Shown here piece by piece: positions 56,262 through 64,000 of a stretch of DNA of 64,000 nt. Every line of letters begins with the position of its first letter. Within the stretch, counting starts at the first letter, position 1. Origin of the DNA: a bacterium (GTDB taxonomy: Bacteria > Actinomycetota > Acidimicrobiia > Spongiisociales > Spongiisociaceae); assembly GCA_028820935.1 (NCBI GenBank), contig JAPPHZ010000029.1, forward strand, positions 151,437 to 215,436. Reading direction: 5' to 3'. A model generated the notes under the pieces. That model searched no databases and was not told where the DNA came from. It saw nothing but the letters and a program-made list of their open reading frames with translations. A program made the position numbers and the translations under genes.

Positions 56262-57611
56262 GTGTCTGATCGGATCATCATCGAGAACGCTGCCATCGTG
56301 ACGATGAACGAAGAGGACGATGTGATCTTCGACGGGTCGATGGTCATCGAGGGCAACCGGATCGTCGCCGTCGGGGGCTCGGAGGCGGTGTCCGGATACG
56401 ACCGCGCCGGTGCGAAGGTCATCGACGCCGGCGGGAAGGCGGCCCTACCGGGGTTCGTCGACCTCCACTACCACACCGCCATAGGTAAGGGATACTGCGA
56501 CCATCTGGATCTGTGGGAGATCCTGCAGGCGTTCTGGTATCCGATGATCCGGGCCCTCAATCCCGAAGAGGCCTACTGGGCGGCCATGGCCAGCTACAGC
56601 GAGTCGTTGAAGGCCGGCGTCACCACCGCCAACGACATGTTCCGCCAACTCCCGGCCCTGGCGCGGGCGGCGGTCGACAGCGGGATCCGGGTGGTTCTCT
56701 CCAACGACATAGCCGACCCGGAGCACGATCTCGACCTGATCGAGGACAACGAGTCGGCCTACCACGAGTGCCACGGGATGGGCGACGGGCGGGTGGAGGT
56801 CTACGTGGGTATCGAGTGGCTACCCCTCGCCTCCGAGCAACTGCTGGTGGACTGCCGGGCGCTGGCCGACCAGTTGGGGACCGGTATCCACATCCACCTG
56901 AACGAGTCCCTCGGCGAGGTCGAGATATCTAAGCAGGCCTTCGGCGGGCGTCGGCCCACCGAGGTGGCTTACGACACCGGGATCCTGGGACCTGATTGCG
57001 TGGCCGCCCACTGCGTGCATCTGTCGGACCGGGAGATCGGGCTCATGAGCGAGACAGGAACCCACATCTCCCACAATCCCACCTCCAACGCCAAGCTCGG
57101 CAACGGTATCGCCCGGCTGCCCGAGATTCTGGAGGCGGGGATCAATGTCGGTCTGGGCCATGACTCGGCGGAAGGAACCAACAGCTGCGACCTGTTCCAG
57201 GTGATGAAGTGGGCGTCGCTGGTGCATCGGGCCGAGCGCAAGGACGCCACGATCCTTCAGGCGCCAACCATCCTGCGAATGGCGACCAGGAACGGCGCGC
57301 GTGCCCTAGGCCACGAGACGGGCGAGTTGAGCGTCGGGAAGGTGGCGGACGTGATCCTGGTCAACCTCCAGAACCACCATTTCACTCCTTTCGTGCCGGG
57401 TAACAAGATCCATCTCATGTCACATCTGGTCTACAGCGCGGAGAGCGCCGCGGTCGACACCACCATCGTGGACGGCACGATCGTGATGGAAGGGCGCGAG
57501 TTCGTGGCCTTCGACGAGGAGGAAGTGCTGGCGAAGGCGACCGAGAGCTTCTTCACCTGCACCGACCGGATGGAGGTCCCCGAGGAATACGCCGGGCTTC
57601 TCGACCGCTAG
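56262..57611 (+). CDS. TRZ/ATZ-type amidohydrolase (third paralog).
   Basis: PGFVDLHYHTA HxH motif. GTG start with a GAGGAG RBS upstream. Confidence 0.75.
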   Translation: MSDRIIIENAAIVTMNEEDDVIFDGSMVIEGNRIVAVGGSEAVSGYDRAGAKVIDAGGKAALPGFVDLHYHTAIGKGYCDHLDLWEILQAFWYPMIRALNPEEAYWAAMASYSESLKAGVTTANDMFRQLPALARAAVDSGIRVVLSNDIADPEHDLDLIEDNESAYHECHGMGDGRVEVYVGIEWLPLASEQLLVDCRALADQLGTGIHIHLNESLGEVEISKQAFGGRRPTEVAYDTGILGPDCVAAHCVHLSDREIGLMSETGTHISHNPTSNAKLGNGIARLPEILEAGINVGLGHDSAEGTNSCDLFQVMKWASLVHRAERKDATILQAPTILRMATRNGARALGHETGELSVGKVADVILVNLQNHHFTPFVPGNKIHLMSHLVYSAESAAVDTTIVDGTIVMEGREFVAFDEEEVLAKATESFFTCTDRMEVPEEYAGLLDR

Positions 57612-57616
57612 GTCAT

Positions 57617-57650
57617 TAGTTGCTAGTTGCTAGTTGCTAGTTGCTAGTTG
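57617..57650. repeat. Tandem 7-bp repeat TAGTTGC, about 4.9 copies, in a convergent intergenic region.
   Basis: The tagttgctagttgctagttgctagttgctagttg run is read directly from the sequence. Confidence 0.9.
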
Positions 57651-57683
57651 TATTGGGTGATCATTGACAACAAACCCTTGGAA

Positions 57684-58115
57684 CTAGCTATCTCGCGTCT
57701 CCACGAGTTCTACGAGCAGGCCGTCGAACTCGCGGGGATGGACGAATGCGATCATGGTGCCCATCCCGCCGGGGCGGGGCTGCTCGTCGATGAGTTGAAC
57801 GCCCAGGCTGCGGAGCCGCCGGAGATACTCCCCGATGTCCTGCACCTCGAAGGCGATGTGGTGTAGGGCCGAGCCACGCTTGTCCACGAACTTGCCGACC
57901 ACCCCGGGTCCGGTCGCCTCGAGGGTCTGGACGAAGCCGTCCCCGACAGGGAGCATCCTCTCGGTGAATCCCGGTCCGCCCTCCTCGTGGCAGACCGGGA
58001 CGCCCAGCAACTCGGCGAACCGGTCGTGCGGCGCGGACGTAGGGGTATGCGCGAAGGCGACGTGGTGGATCCTGAGCGGGGGTGGCCACGCGGGAGGGAT
58101 CGGTTCCTGGACCAT
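57684..58115 (-). CDS. Methylmalonyl-CoA epimerase-like VOC-family protein.
   Basis: ALHHIAFEVQDIGEYLRRLRSLGVQLIDEQPRPGGMGTMIAFVHPREFDGLLVELVE closely matches the MCE C-terminal half. TAATG overlap with the upstream LLM stop. Confidence 0.7.
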   Translation of the reverse strand: MVQEPIPPAWPPPLRIHHVAFAHTPTSAPHDRFAELLGVPVCHEEGGPGFTERMLPVGDGFVQTLEATGPGVVGKFVDKRGSALHHIAFEVQDIGEYLRRLRSLGVQLIDEQPRPGGMGTMIAFVHPREFDGLLVELVETRDS

Positions 58116-59098
58116 TACAGACGGGAGAAGACCCTCGCGAACGCCTCGACCGTTTCCCGGCGCCGGGAACCGAGCGGGAACACGGTCACCGAATCCACTC
58201 CCAGATCGGCCAGGGTCCGGAGATGGGCCAGGGCTTGGTCGCTGTCGCCGGCGAAGGCCATCTTCTCCACGAACTCCCTGGGCATGATCGAGGCCGCGGC
58301 GAGTGCCTCCTGGAACTCGCCTCCCGCGTAACGAGCCTTGACGTCGGCCGAAATGGCGGGGTCCAGGCCGGCCAGTTCGCAGTAGACCGGCGCGGTCTGC
58401 GGAAACCAGGCGGCGATGGAGCGGGCGGCCTGCAAGGCGCCGGCGGGATCATCGTCGTCGATCACGCCGTAGCCGAACACCGACACGTGGGGGCGGGACC
58501 GCCCTGCCCGCTCGGCGCCCCGGTCGATGTGCTCCAACCCGTAGGCGACCCCGTCCCGGAACAGGCCGCCCAGGAAAATGACCCCGTCCGCTATCTCGCC
58601 GGCCAACTCCAGGGTCTTGGGCCCGCTCGCCGAGATGAACACGGGAATCCGGTAGGAGGCTTCGAACCGCAGATGGGCGTCGTCCATCGTGAATCCTGCC
58701 CCTTCGTAGGTCACATGTTCGCCAGCAAGTAGCCGCCTGATCACCTCTATCGACTGCCGCATCTCCAGGAGCCGGGCCGGCCGCAGGCCGAGCGAGCGGA
58801 GCGGACGATCACCGGCGCCGATACCGAGAACGGTCCTTCCGGGCGCCAGCTCCTCGAGGCTGGCCGCGTTGACGGCGACGATGCCGGGATGGCGGGTCTG
58901 CGGGTTGGTCACCGCGGTTCCCAGCACCATGCGGGTGGTCAACCGGGCGGCCAGGGTGAGGTGCATGTAGGGGTTCCGGGTGTGGAGGGAGGAGTCGGTG
59001 AGCCAGAGGTAGTCGTACCCGCACCGGTCCACCACCCGGACCATGTCCTCGAATACGTGGGGAGGGTAACGACCCTGTAGGGCTACACCGGTCTGCAT
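58115..59098 (-). CDS. LLM-class flavin/F420-dependent oxidoreductase.
   Basis: CGYDYLWLTDS and LLM barrel pattern. Start trimmed to MQTGVALQ (59098). Confidence 0.7.
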   Translation of the reverse strand: MQTGVALQGRYPPHVFEDMVRVVDRCGYDYLWLTDSSLHTRNPYMHLTLAARLTTRMVLGTAVTNPQTRHPGIVAVNAASLEELAPGRTVLGIGAGDRPLRSLGLRPARLLEMRQSIEVIRRLLAGEHVTYEGAGFTMDDAHLRFEASYRIPVFISASGPKTLELAGEIADGVIFLGGLFRDGVAYGLEHIDRGAERAGRSRPHVSVFGYGVIDDDDPAGALQAARSIAAWFPQTAPVYCELAGLDPAISADVKARYAGGEFQEALAAASIMPREFVEKMAFAGDSDQALAHLRTLADLGVDSVTVFPLGSRRRETVEAFARVFSRL

Positions 59099-59102
59099 AC
59101 GA

Positions 59103-60191
59103 TCATCCTGCCTTCCTGTCGTACCGGACGATGGTATCGGCCAGGGCTGCGAGCCCGGTTCCGATCGGTTCGGTCTCAATCCATTCCCCGGGGGTGTGCT
59201 CGCCGGATCCGAAGGTGATGCCGATAGTGACCGCCGGGATCCCCGCCGCGTAGGCGGCGTTGGCGTCGGTACTGGCTGCGACGTGTTCCGGATCGATCCC
59301 GACGGCGGCCAGGGCGGCGTCGGCGGCCGCCACCAGAGGATGCGTCTCCGCGATCGATCCCGCAGGTCGCTTGCCCAGTTCCTTGCAGGTGGTCGCCAGT
59401 TGTGTTTCGGAGTCCACCACGCGGCGCGCCGCGGAATCGAGATCGACGAGGACCGTCGGGTCGGCGGACCGGATGTCGACCCGAAGGGCGGCGCGGCGGG
59501 CGCGGGCGTTGATCGACTCGCCGCCCTCGATGTGTCCTACGTTGAGGGAACACCGCGCCCGGCTCCTGGCGCCCGGTAGCAGGCGTTCCAGACCCACGAT
59601 GATCCTCGCCAGGTCGTGGATGGCGCTGGGAGCGTCGGCGGCCTCCCAGGAGTGCCCTCCCGGACCCTCGAGCTCGACCAGGTGGCGGACCGATCCGACA
59701 CCGACGGTCACCACCCGTCCGAGGTAGTTGCCCTCCAGGGCGATGAGAGCGCCCATCCCGGCGGGAGGATGCTCCACTAGGTGGAGCGCTCCGGCGAGGT
59801 TGCCCAGGCCCTCCTCGGCGGTGGTGGCCGCTATCCACACCGGCCGCGACAGGTCCTTCGGAAGGAGGCGGTCGAGCAGGGACAGGGCTGCGACGGCCAC
59901 GGTGTTATCACCGACCCCGACGCCATAGAGCCGGCCGCCCCGCTGCTCGGTTCCATGGGGGATGTCCCGGCCGAAGACCGTGTCGAGGTGGGCGGCTACG
60001 AACGTTGCCGGACCTTCGCCCATCCGGAGCCGGGCGACAACGTTCCCCACCCCGTCAACCCGCGGTCGCAGCCCGTCCGCGCGCCACCATCCGGCCACGA
60101 CCTCCGCCCGGTCGGCCTCGTCGAGGGGAGGCGCCGGGACCGCCGCCAACTCGACGGTACGCGCTAGCACGACCGCAGCTGCATCGGTCAT
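59103..60191 (-). CDS. M20-family metallopeptidase / deacylase.
   Basis: FVAAHLDTV and GVGDNTVAVA M20 motifs. Start trimmed to MTDAAAVV (ATGA overlap with the upstream stop). Confidence 0.7.
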   Translation of the reverse strand: MTDAAAVVLARTVELAAVPAPPLDEADRAEVVAGWWRADGLRPRVDGVGNVVARLRMGEGPATFVAAHLDTVFGRDIPHGTEQRGGRLYGVGVGDNTVAVAALSLLDRLLPKDLSRPVWIAATTAEEGLGNLAGALHLVEHPPAGMGALIALEGNYLGRVVTVGVGSVRHLVELEGPGGHSWEAADAPSAIHDLARIIVGLERLLPGARSRARCSLNVGHIEGGESINARARRAALRVDIRSADPTVLVDLDSAARRVVDSETQLATTCKELGKRPAGSIAETHPLVAAADAALAAVGIDPEHVAASTDANAAYAAGIPAVTIGITFGSGEHTPGEWIETEPIGTGLAALADTIVRYDRKAG

Positions 60192-61396
60192 CCCGGCTCG
60201 GCCGCTATCCCGCCTGCGATGAGGGCATCGACGTCGGCCGGCTCCATTCCGGCCTGGAGGAGCGAATCCCGCGTGTGCTGGCCGAGGAGGGGCGCAGGCC
60301 CGGGGATCGGCAGGGGTTCGCGGTCGATCCGGAGCGGCAGGCCGATCGCAGGGTAGGCGCCCGCCAAGTCGTGCACCAGCGTCTGGACCGAGCCGAGCGC
60401 CCGCGCCTGGGACCCGTCCAGCACTCCGCCGATGTCGTTGATGCGGTCCGCGGGCACCTGAGCTTCTGCGAACAGGGCCAGCCACTCCGCGACGTCCTTC
60501 CGGGTGGTGATCGACTCGATCTCGGCGGTCAGTTCATCACGAGCCGCCACCCGGGAGGCGTTGTCGGCGAAGCGGGGGTCTTCTAGCAGGTGCGCGGCAC
60601 CGAGCGTCTCGCAGAAGCGGCGCCACAGCGCCTCCGATCCGGCGCCGGCTGCCACGAAGTGTCCGTCGCGGGCACGGAATGCTCCGTAGGGAGCGAAGGT
60701 GGGGGAGTGGCTGCCCAGCAGGCCCGGCAGCTCGCCGTTCACGAGGTACGCCGTCGCAACCGTGGCCAGCGCGGCCAGCGAGAACTCGAGCAGCGACGTG
60801 GAGACCTGGCGCCCGCGGCCGGTTCGTTCCCGTTCCGCCAGCGCGGCGAGCACCCCGACGACGCAGGCGAGACCGGCGCCGATGTCGGTGACCGGGACCC
60901 CGATCTTGGCGGGGCCGGTGGATTGATGGCCGGTGACGCTCATCAGGCCGCCGGACGCCTGGAGAATGAGATCGAACCCACCCTTCCCGGCGTCGGGACC
61001 CACGTCCCCGAAGCCGGAGACCGACCCGTAGACGAGGGAGGGGAAACGGGCGTGGACAGATGGGTAGTCGAGCCCGTACTTGGCGAGGCTGCCCGGCCGT
61101 CCGTTCTCCAGCAGGACATCCGCGGAGGCCAGCAGCGCATCCATGGCGGGCCGGGCATCCTCCGCCCGGAAGTCGAGAGCGATGCTCTTCTTGGCGCTGT
61201 TGAGGGTCATGAACAGCACCGACTCGTCCCCCACGCGTGCCGTTCCCTGGTTCCGGTAGGGGTCGCCCCCGGACGGGCCCTCGATCTTGAGAACCTCCGC
61301 GCCCAGGGTCGCCAGGATGAAGGAGGCGTACGCCCCCGAGACGAATCTGGTCAGGTCCACCACCCGGAGACCGTCCAGCATGCCCCCTCCGCTCAC
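60188..61396 (-). CDS. CoA-transferase family III protein (CaiB/BaiF/Frc-like).
   Basis: LDGLRVVDLTRFVSGAYASFILATLGAEVLKIE N-terminal signature. 402 aa. Confidence 0.8.
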   Translation of the reverse strand: MSGGGMLDGLRVVDLTRFVSGAYASFILATLGAEVLKIEGPSGGDPYRNQGTARVGDESVLFMTLNSAKKSIALDFRAEDARPAMDALLASADVLLENGRPGSLAKYGLDYPSVHARFPSLVYGSVSGFGDVGPDAGKGGFDLILQASGGLMSVTGHQSTGPAKIGVPVTDIGAGLACVVGVLAALAERERTGRGRQVSTSLLEFSLAALATVATAYLVNGELPGLLGSHSPTFAPYGAFRARDGHFVAAGAGSEALWRRFCETLGAAHLLEDPRFADNASRVAARDELTAEIESITTRKDVAEWLALFAEAQVPADRINDIGGVLDGSQARALGSVQTLVHDLAGAYPAIGLPLRIDREPLPIPGPAPLLGQHTRDSLLQAGMEPADVDALIAGGIAAEPG

Positions 61397-62985
61397 CAGG
61401 GGCTCGGTTCCCGGAACTCGCCGAACTCGTCCCGCATCACGTCGCTCATCTCACCCAGCGTCACTCCGCCCCGCGCGCAGTCCAAGATCGGGGGCATGAC
61501 GTTGGTTCCATTGCGCAGAGCCTTCCGCAGGGCCGCGAGCGTCGCCGCGGCCGCCGGCTCGTCCCGGGCGGCCTTTCTCCGTTCCGTCCGAGCGATCTGG
61601 AGATCCCCGATCTCGGGATCCAGCGTGAACAGGCGGGGCTCGTGCTGTGTCTGCGAGTCGTCCACGTAACGGTTCACGCCCACCCGTACCCTGGATCCGT
61701 CGGCGATCTCCCTCTCCGTCCGGTAGGCCTCCGCCGCTATCCACCGTTGGGGTGTTCCCGACTCCAGTGCCTTGACCGCTCCTCCCAGTTGCTCGACGGC
61801 CGTCATGACCTCGCGGGCGCGGCGCTCCACCTCGTCGGTGAGAGACTCGACGTAATAGGAACCCGCCAAGGCGTCGACCGTATCGGCGACACCGGACTCG
61901 TGCGCCACGATCTGCTGCGTCCGCAGGGAGAGCGTGACGGCCTCCTCGGTGGGTAGTTCGTAGGCCTCGTCATAGCCCATCACGTGTATGGACTGGGCGC
62001 CCCCCAGCACCGCGCCCAGGCATTGGATGGTCGAGCGGATGATGTTGTTGAGAGGCTGCGCGGCGGTGAGAGTGGTACCCGAGTTCCCGGAGAAGAAGCG
62101 AAGCCGTGCCGAGCGGGGGTCCGTGGCGCCGAAGCGGATGGTGGCCGTGTCGTGCCAGAGTCGCCGGGCCGCCCTCAGCTTGGCGACTTCCTCGAACAGG
62201 TTCATGGTGGTGGCGAAGTGGAACGAGAACCGGGGCGCGAAGGAGTCGAACGGGAGTCCTCGGGCCTGCAGTTCCTCGGCGTAGGCGATGGCGGATGACA
62301 TGGTCAGGCCCAGTTCCTGGACGGCATTGCAACCGGCCTCCCTGGCGTGATACCCGGTCACGGAGATCGGGTTGAAGCGGGGCAGGTGTTCGGACGACCA
62401 TTCGACGATGTCCGCCACCAGGCGCATGGACGCTGCCGGTGGAAAGATGAATGCCTTGCGGGCCAGGAACTCCTTGAGCAGGTCGTTCTGGAGCGTTCCC
62501 GACAGGTCCGCATAGGATGCGCCCTGGCGCTCGGCCGTCACCAGGTAGAAGGCCAGGATGATCGGCGCCGTGGCGTTGATGGTGAAGTTCACCGAGAGCT
62601 TGTCGAGGGGCAGACCTTCGAACAACCCCGCCATGTCGTCGGCGGTGTCGATGGCCACTCCCACCCGGCCGACCTCGGCGCGGGCCATGGGATGCGAGGA
62701 GTCGTAGCCGAGTTGGGTCGGGAGGTCGAAGGCGACCGAGAGCGCGGTCTGGCCCTGTTCCAGCAGGAAGCGGAAGCGATCGTTGGCGTCCTCGGCGCTG
62801 CCGTAGCCGGCGAACTGGCGCATCGTCCAGAGGCGCCCCCGGTACATCGTCTCGTACGGCCCCCTGGTGAAGGGCGGGTGGCCCGGGAGCCCCAGATGTT
62901 CACCGGGCCGGAATCCCTCCAGATCGTCCTGCGTGTAGACGGGAGCGACCGGGATGCCCGAGTCGGTACGGCGCTCGCCTGTCAT
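61393..62985 (-). CDS. Acyl-CoA mutase large (substrate-binding TIM-barrel) subunit, methylmalonyl-/isobutyryl-CoA mutase family, split type.
   Basis: GHPPFTRGPYETMYRGRLWTMRQFAGYGSAEDANDRFRFLLEQGQTALSVAFDLPTQ, a classical mutase motif run. 530 aa with no B12 domain. Confidence 0.85.
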   Translation of the reverse strand: MTGERRTDSGIPVAPVYTQDDLEGFRPGEHLGLPGHPPFTRGPYETMYRGRLWTMRQFAGYGSAEDANDRFRFLLEQGQTALSVAFDLPTQLGYDSSHPMARAEVGRVGVAIDTADDMAGLFEGLPLDKLSVNFTINATAPIILAFYLVTAERQGASYADLSGTLQNDLLKEFLARKAFIFPPAASMRLVADIVEWSSEHLPRFNPISVTGYHAREAGCNAVQELGLTMSSAIAYAEELQARGLPFDSFAPRFSFHFATTMNLFEEVAKLRAARRLWHDTATIRFGATDPRSARLRFFSGNSGTTLTAAQPLNNIIRSTIQCLGAVLGGAQSIHVMGYDEAYELPTEEAVTLSLRTQQIVAHESGVADTVDALAGSYYVESLTDEVERRAREVMTAVEQLGGAVKALESGTPQRWIAAEAYRTEREIADGSRVRVGVNRYVDDSQTQHEPRLFTLDPEIGDLQIARTERRKAARDEPAAAATLAALRKALRNGTNVMPPILDCARGGVTLGEMSDVMRDEFGEFREPSPW

Positions 62986-63386
62986 GGCGCGACGGCGGCG
63001 GAGGCCTCGCGGAATATCCCGTCCACCACCTCATCCAGGGGGGATCCGACCGGGAAGACCCGGGAGATCCCGATCTCCCTCAGGGCGTCGGCGTCGGCCT
63101 CGGGAATGGTCCCGCCGATGACGATCGGGACATCAGCAAAGCCGGCCTTGCCTCGTTCCTCCACCAGCTGGCGGCCTAGAGCGAGGTGGGCTCCGGAGAG
63201 CACCGAGATGCCGATTACGTCGGCGCTCTCCTCGATCGCCGCGGTGATAATCCGCTCCGGTGATTGCCGGAGGCCGAGAAAGATCACCTCGGCGCCGGCA
63301 TCCCGGAGGGCCATCGCGATGACCTTCACGCCGCGGTCGTGGCCGTCGAGACCGGGCTTGGCCAGGAGGATCCGGGGCCGGCTCAT
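62982..63386 (-). CDS. Cobalamin (B12)-binding small subunit of the split acyl-CoA mutase.
   Basis: ILLAKPGLDGHDRGVKV (DxHxxG B12 motif). Start trimmed to MSRPRILLAK. ATGA overlaps on both sides. Confidence 0.8.
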   Translation of the reverse strand: MSRPRILLAKPGLDGHDRGVKVIAMALRDAGAEVIFLGLRQSPERIITAAIEESADVIGISVLSGAHLALGRQLVEERGKAGFADVPIVIGGTIPEADADALREIGISRVFPVGSPLDEVVDGIFREASAAVAP

Positions 63387-64000
63387 CCCGGCAACTCTCC
63401 ATCGCTGATCACCACCTCGCCGTCGATCTCGAGTGTGGCGGCGGCCATCACGCAGTCCAGATGGGCGGTTGCGTCGACCGTCCCCCCGTAGGCGATGGAG
63501 TTGCCGAGGGCAATGTGGGCCGTCCCCAGCGCCGACTCGGTCTCCATGGGGACCCCGCAAATGGTTCCCAGCGGGTTGAGACCCATGGACACCTCGGCCA
63601 GGTTGCTCATCCGGTCGTCGTCACAGCGGGCGATCATCTCGAGGAGCCGGTTCCTGTGGGTGCCGTCGGTGCCCACCATCCGTCCGTTCTCGAAGTGCAT
63701 CACGACCGGCTCGGGGAGGGGTCCCCTGCCCATGAAGAGCAGGTCACCGTCGATCACGGCGGTTCCCGAGGTGGTCTCCTCGACCGGCGCGGTGCCGGCC
63801 TCGATGTCGGGCGGCGCCATGTACTGGCCGTCGGCCCTGGCTATCCCGTCCAGCACCCGCCCGGCCCGGTTCTCGATCGAGCCTTGCAGATCGGTCCCGG
63901 CAGGGCTGGTGAGCCTGAACCCGGAACCGCGGTCCCAAGCGGTTCCCACCTTGACGGCGACGGCGCGCTGGGAGTCGAAGTCGACCGTTAGGGGGCCACC
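63383..64000 (-). CDS. Possible M29-type aminopeptidase-like protein, C-terminal part (5'-partial; the frame is open to the window end).
   Basis: GTAHIALGNSIAYGGTVDATAHLDCV resembles the aminopeptidase T/S C-terminus. No stop in frame up to 64000. Confidence 0.35.
   Translation of the reverse strand, partial: GGPLTVDFDSQRAVAVKVGTAWDRGSGFRLTSPAGTDLQGSIENRAGRVLDGIARADGQYMAPPDIEAGTAPVEETTSGTAVIDGDLLFMGRGPLPEPVVMHFENGRMVGTDGTHRNRLLEMIARCDDDRMSNLAEVSMGLNPLGTICGVPMETESALGTAHIALGNSIAYGGTVDATAHLDCVMAAATLEIDGEVVISDGELPG

Noticed and set aside
57617-57650. Considered a CRISPR array for the 7-mer tandem repeat.
   Set aside because: The repeat units are contiguous with no spacers, total only about 34 bp, and no cas genes are in the window.
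57648-57866. 72-aa plus-strand ORF starting in the AT-rich repeat region.
   Set aside because: Mostly antisense to the epimerase gene, with no RBS and no motif. Kept only as a possible antisense-transcript hint.
1-64000. Searched for transposase, integrase, IS-element inverted repeats, and tRNA/rRNA genes.
   Set aside because: None recognised. The rearrangements seem to be mediated by homologous and segmental duplication, not by identifiable mobile elements.

Overview
A gene-dense, high-GC (~68-70%) bacterial chromosomal segment, probably from an actinobacterium-like or thermophilic high-GC organism. Both substrate-binding lipoproteins carry Thr/Ala/Pro-rich linkers. No rRNA, tRNA, CRISPR, transposase or integrase was found. 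The window is one large catabolic island dominated by hydrolases, flanked and interrupted by ABC uptake systems and a methylmalonyl-CoA-type module.

Main gene sets:
- A dipeptide/oligopeptide ABC importer (1-5210).
- A spermidine/putrescine-type ABC importer (16193-20300) divergent from an IclR-family regulator.
- Two TenA-family thiaminase-II genes, a hydantoinase A/B pair and a creatininase-family gene.
- Three TRZ/ATZ-type amidohydrolases, five amidohydrolase-2 (PF04909-like) paralogs and an amidase-signature enzyme.
- Two M20 deacylases, a phosphotriesterase-family protein and a formamidase.
- Three luciferase-like monooxygenases (LLM), three Zn-dependent alcohol dehydrogenases (ADH, two as a tandem duplicate), two short-chain dehydrogenase/reductase (SDR) genes and two Gfo/Idh/MocA paralogs.
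- Three enolase-superfamily enzymes and a DapA-like aldolase.
- A lone molybdenum-hydroxylase large subunit.
- At the right end, two convergent, translationally coupled operons: a SucC-like / biotinyl-domain / SucD-like / acyl-CoA carboxyltransferase operon, and a methylmalonyl-CoA epimerase / LLM / M20 / CoA-transferase / split B12 acyl-CoA mutase operon.

Non-genic structure:
- A ~100-nt intergenic element with near-perfectly conserved 21-nt inverted arms in at least three copies; one copy sequesters the hyuB start codon.
- Two perfectly identical 783-bp direct repeats with atypical (A/T-ending) codon usage inside two amidohydrolase paralogs.
- An old tandem segmental duplication (ADH + promoter + LLM 5' end) that left a pseudogene relic.
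- A second gene relic (amidohydrolase N-terminus) upstream of a Gfo/Idh gene.
- A shared palindromic operator motif at two divergent promoters.
- A 7-bp AT-rich tandem repeat at a convergent operon junction.

Every family assignment rests on motif recognition in the translated ORFs. No database search was possible.
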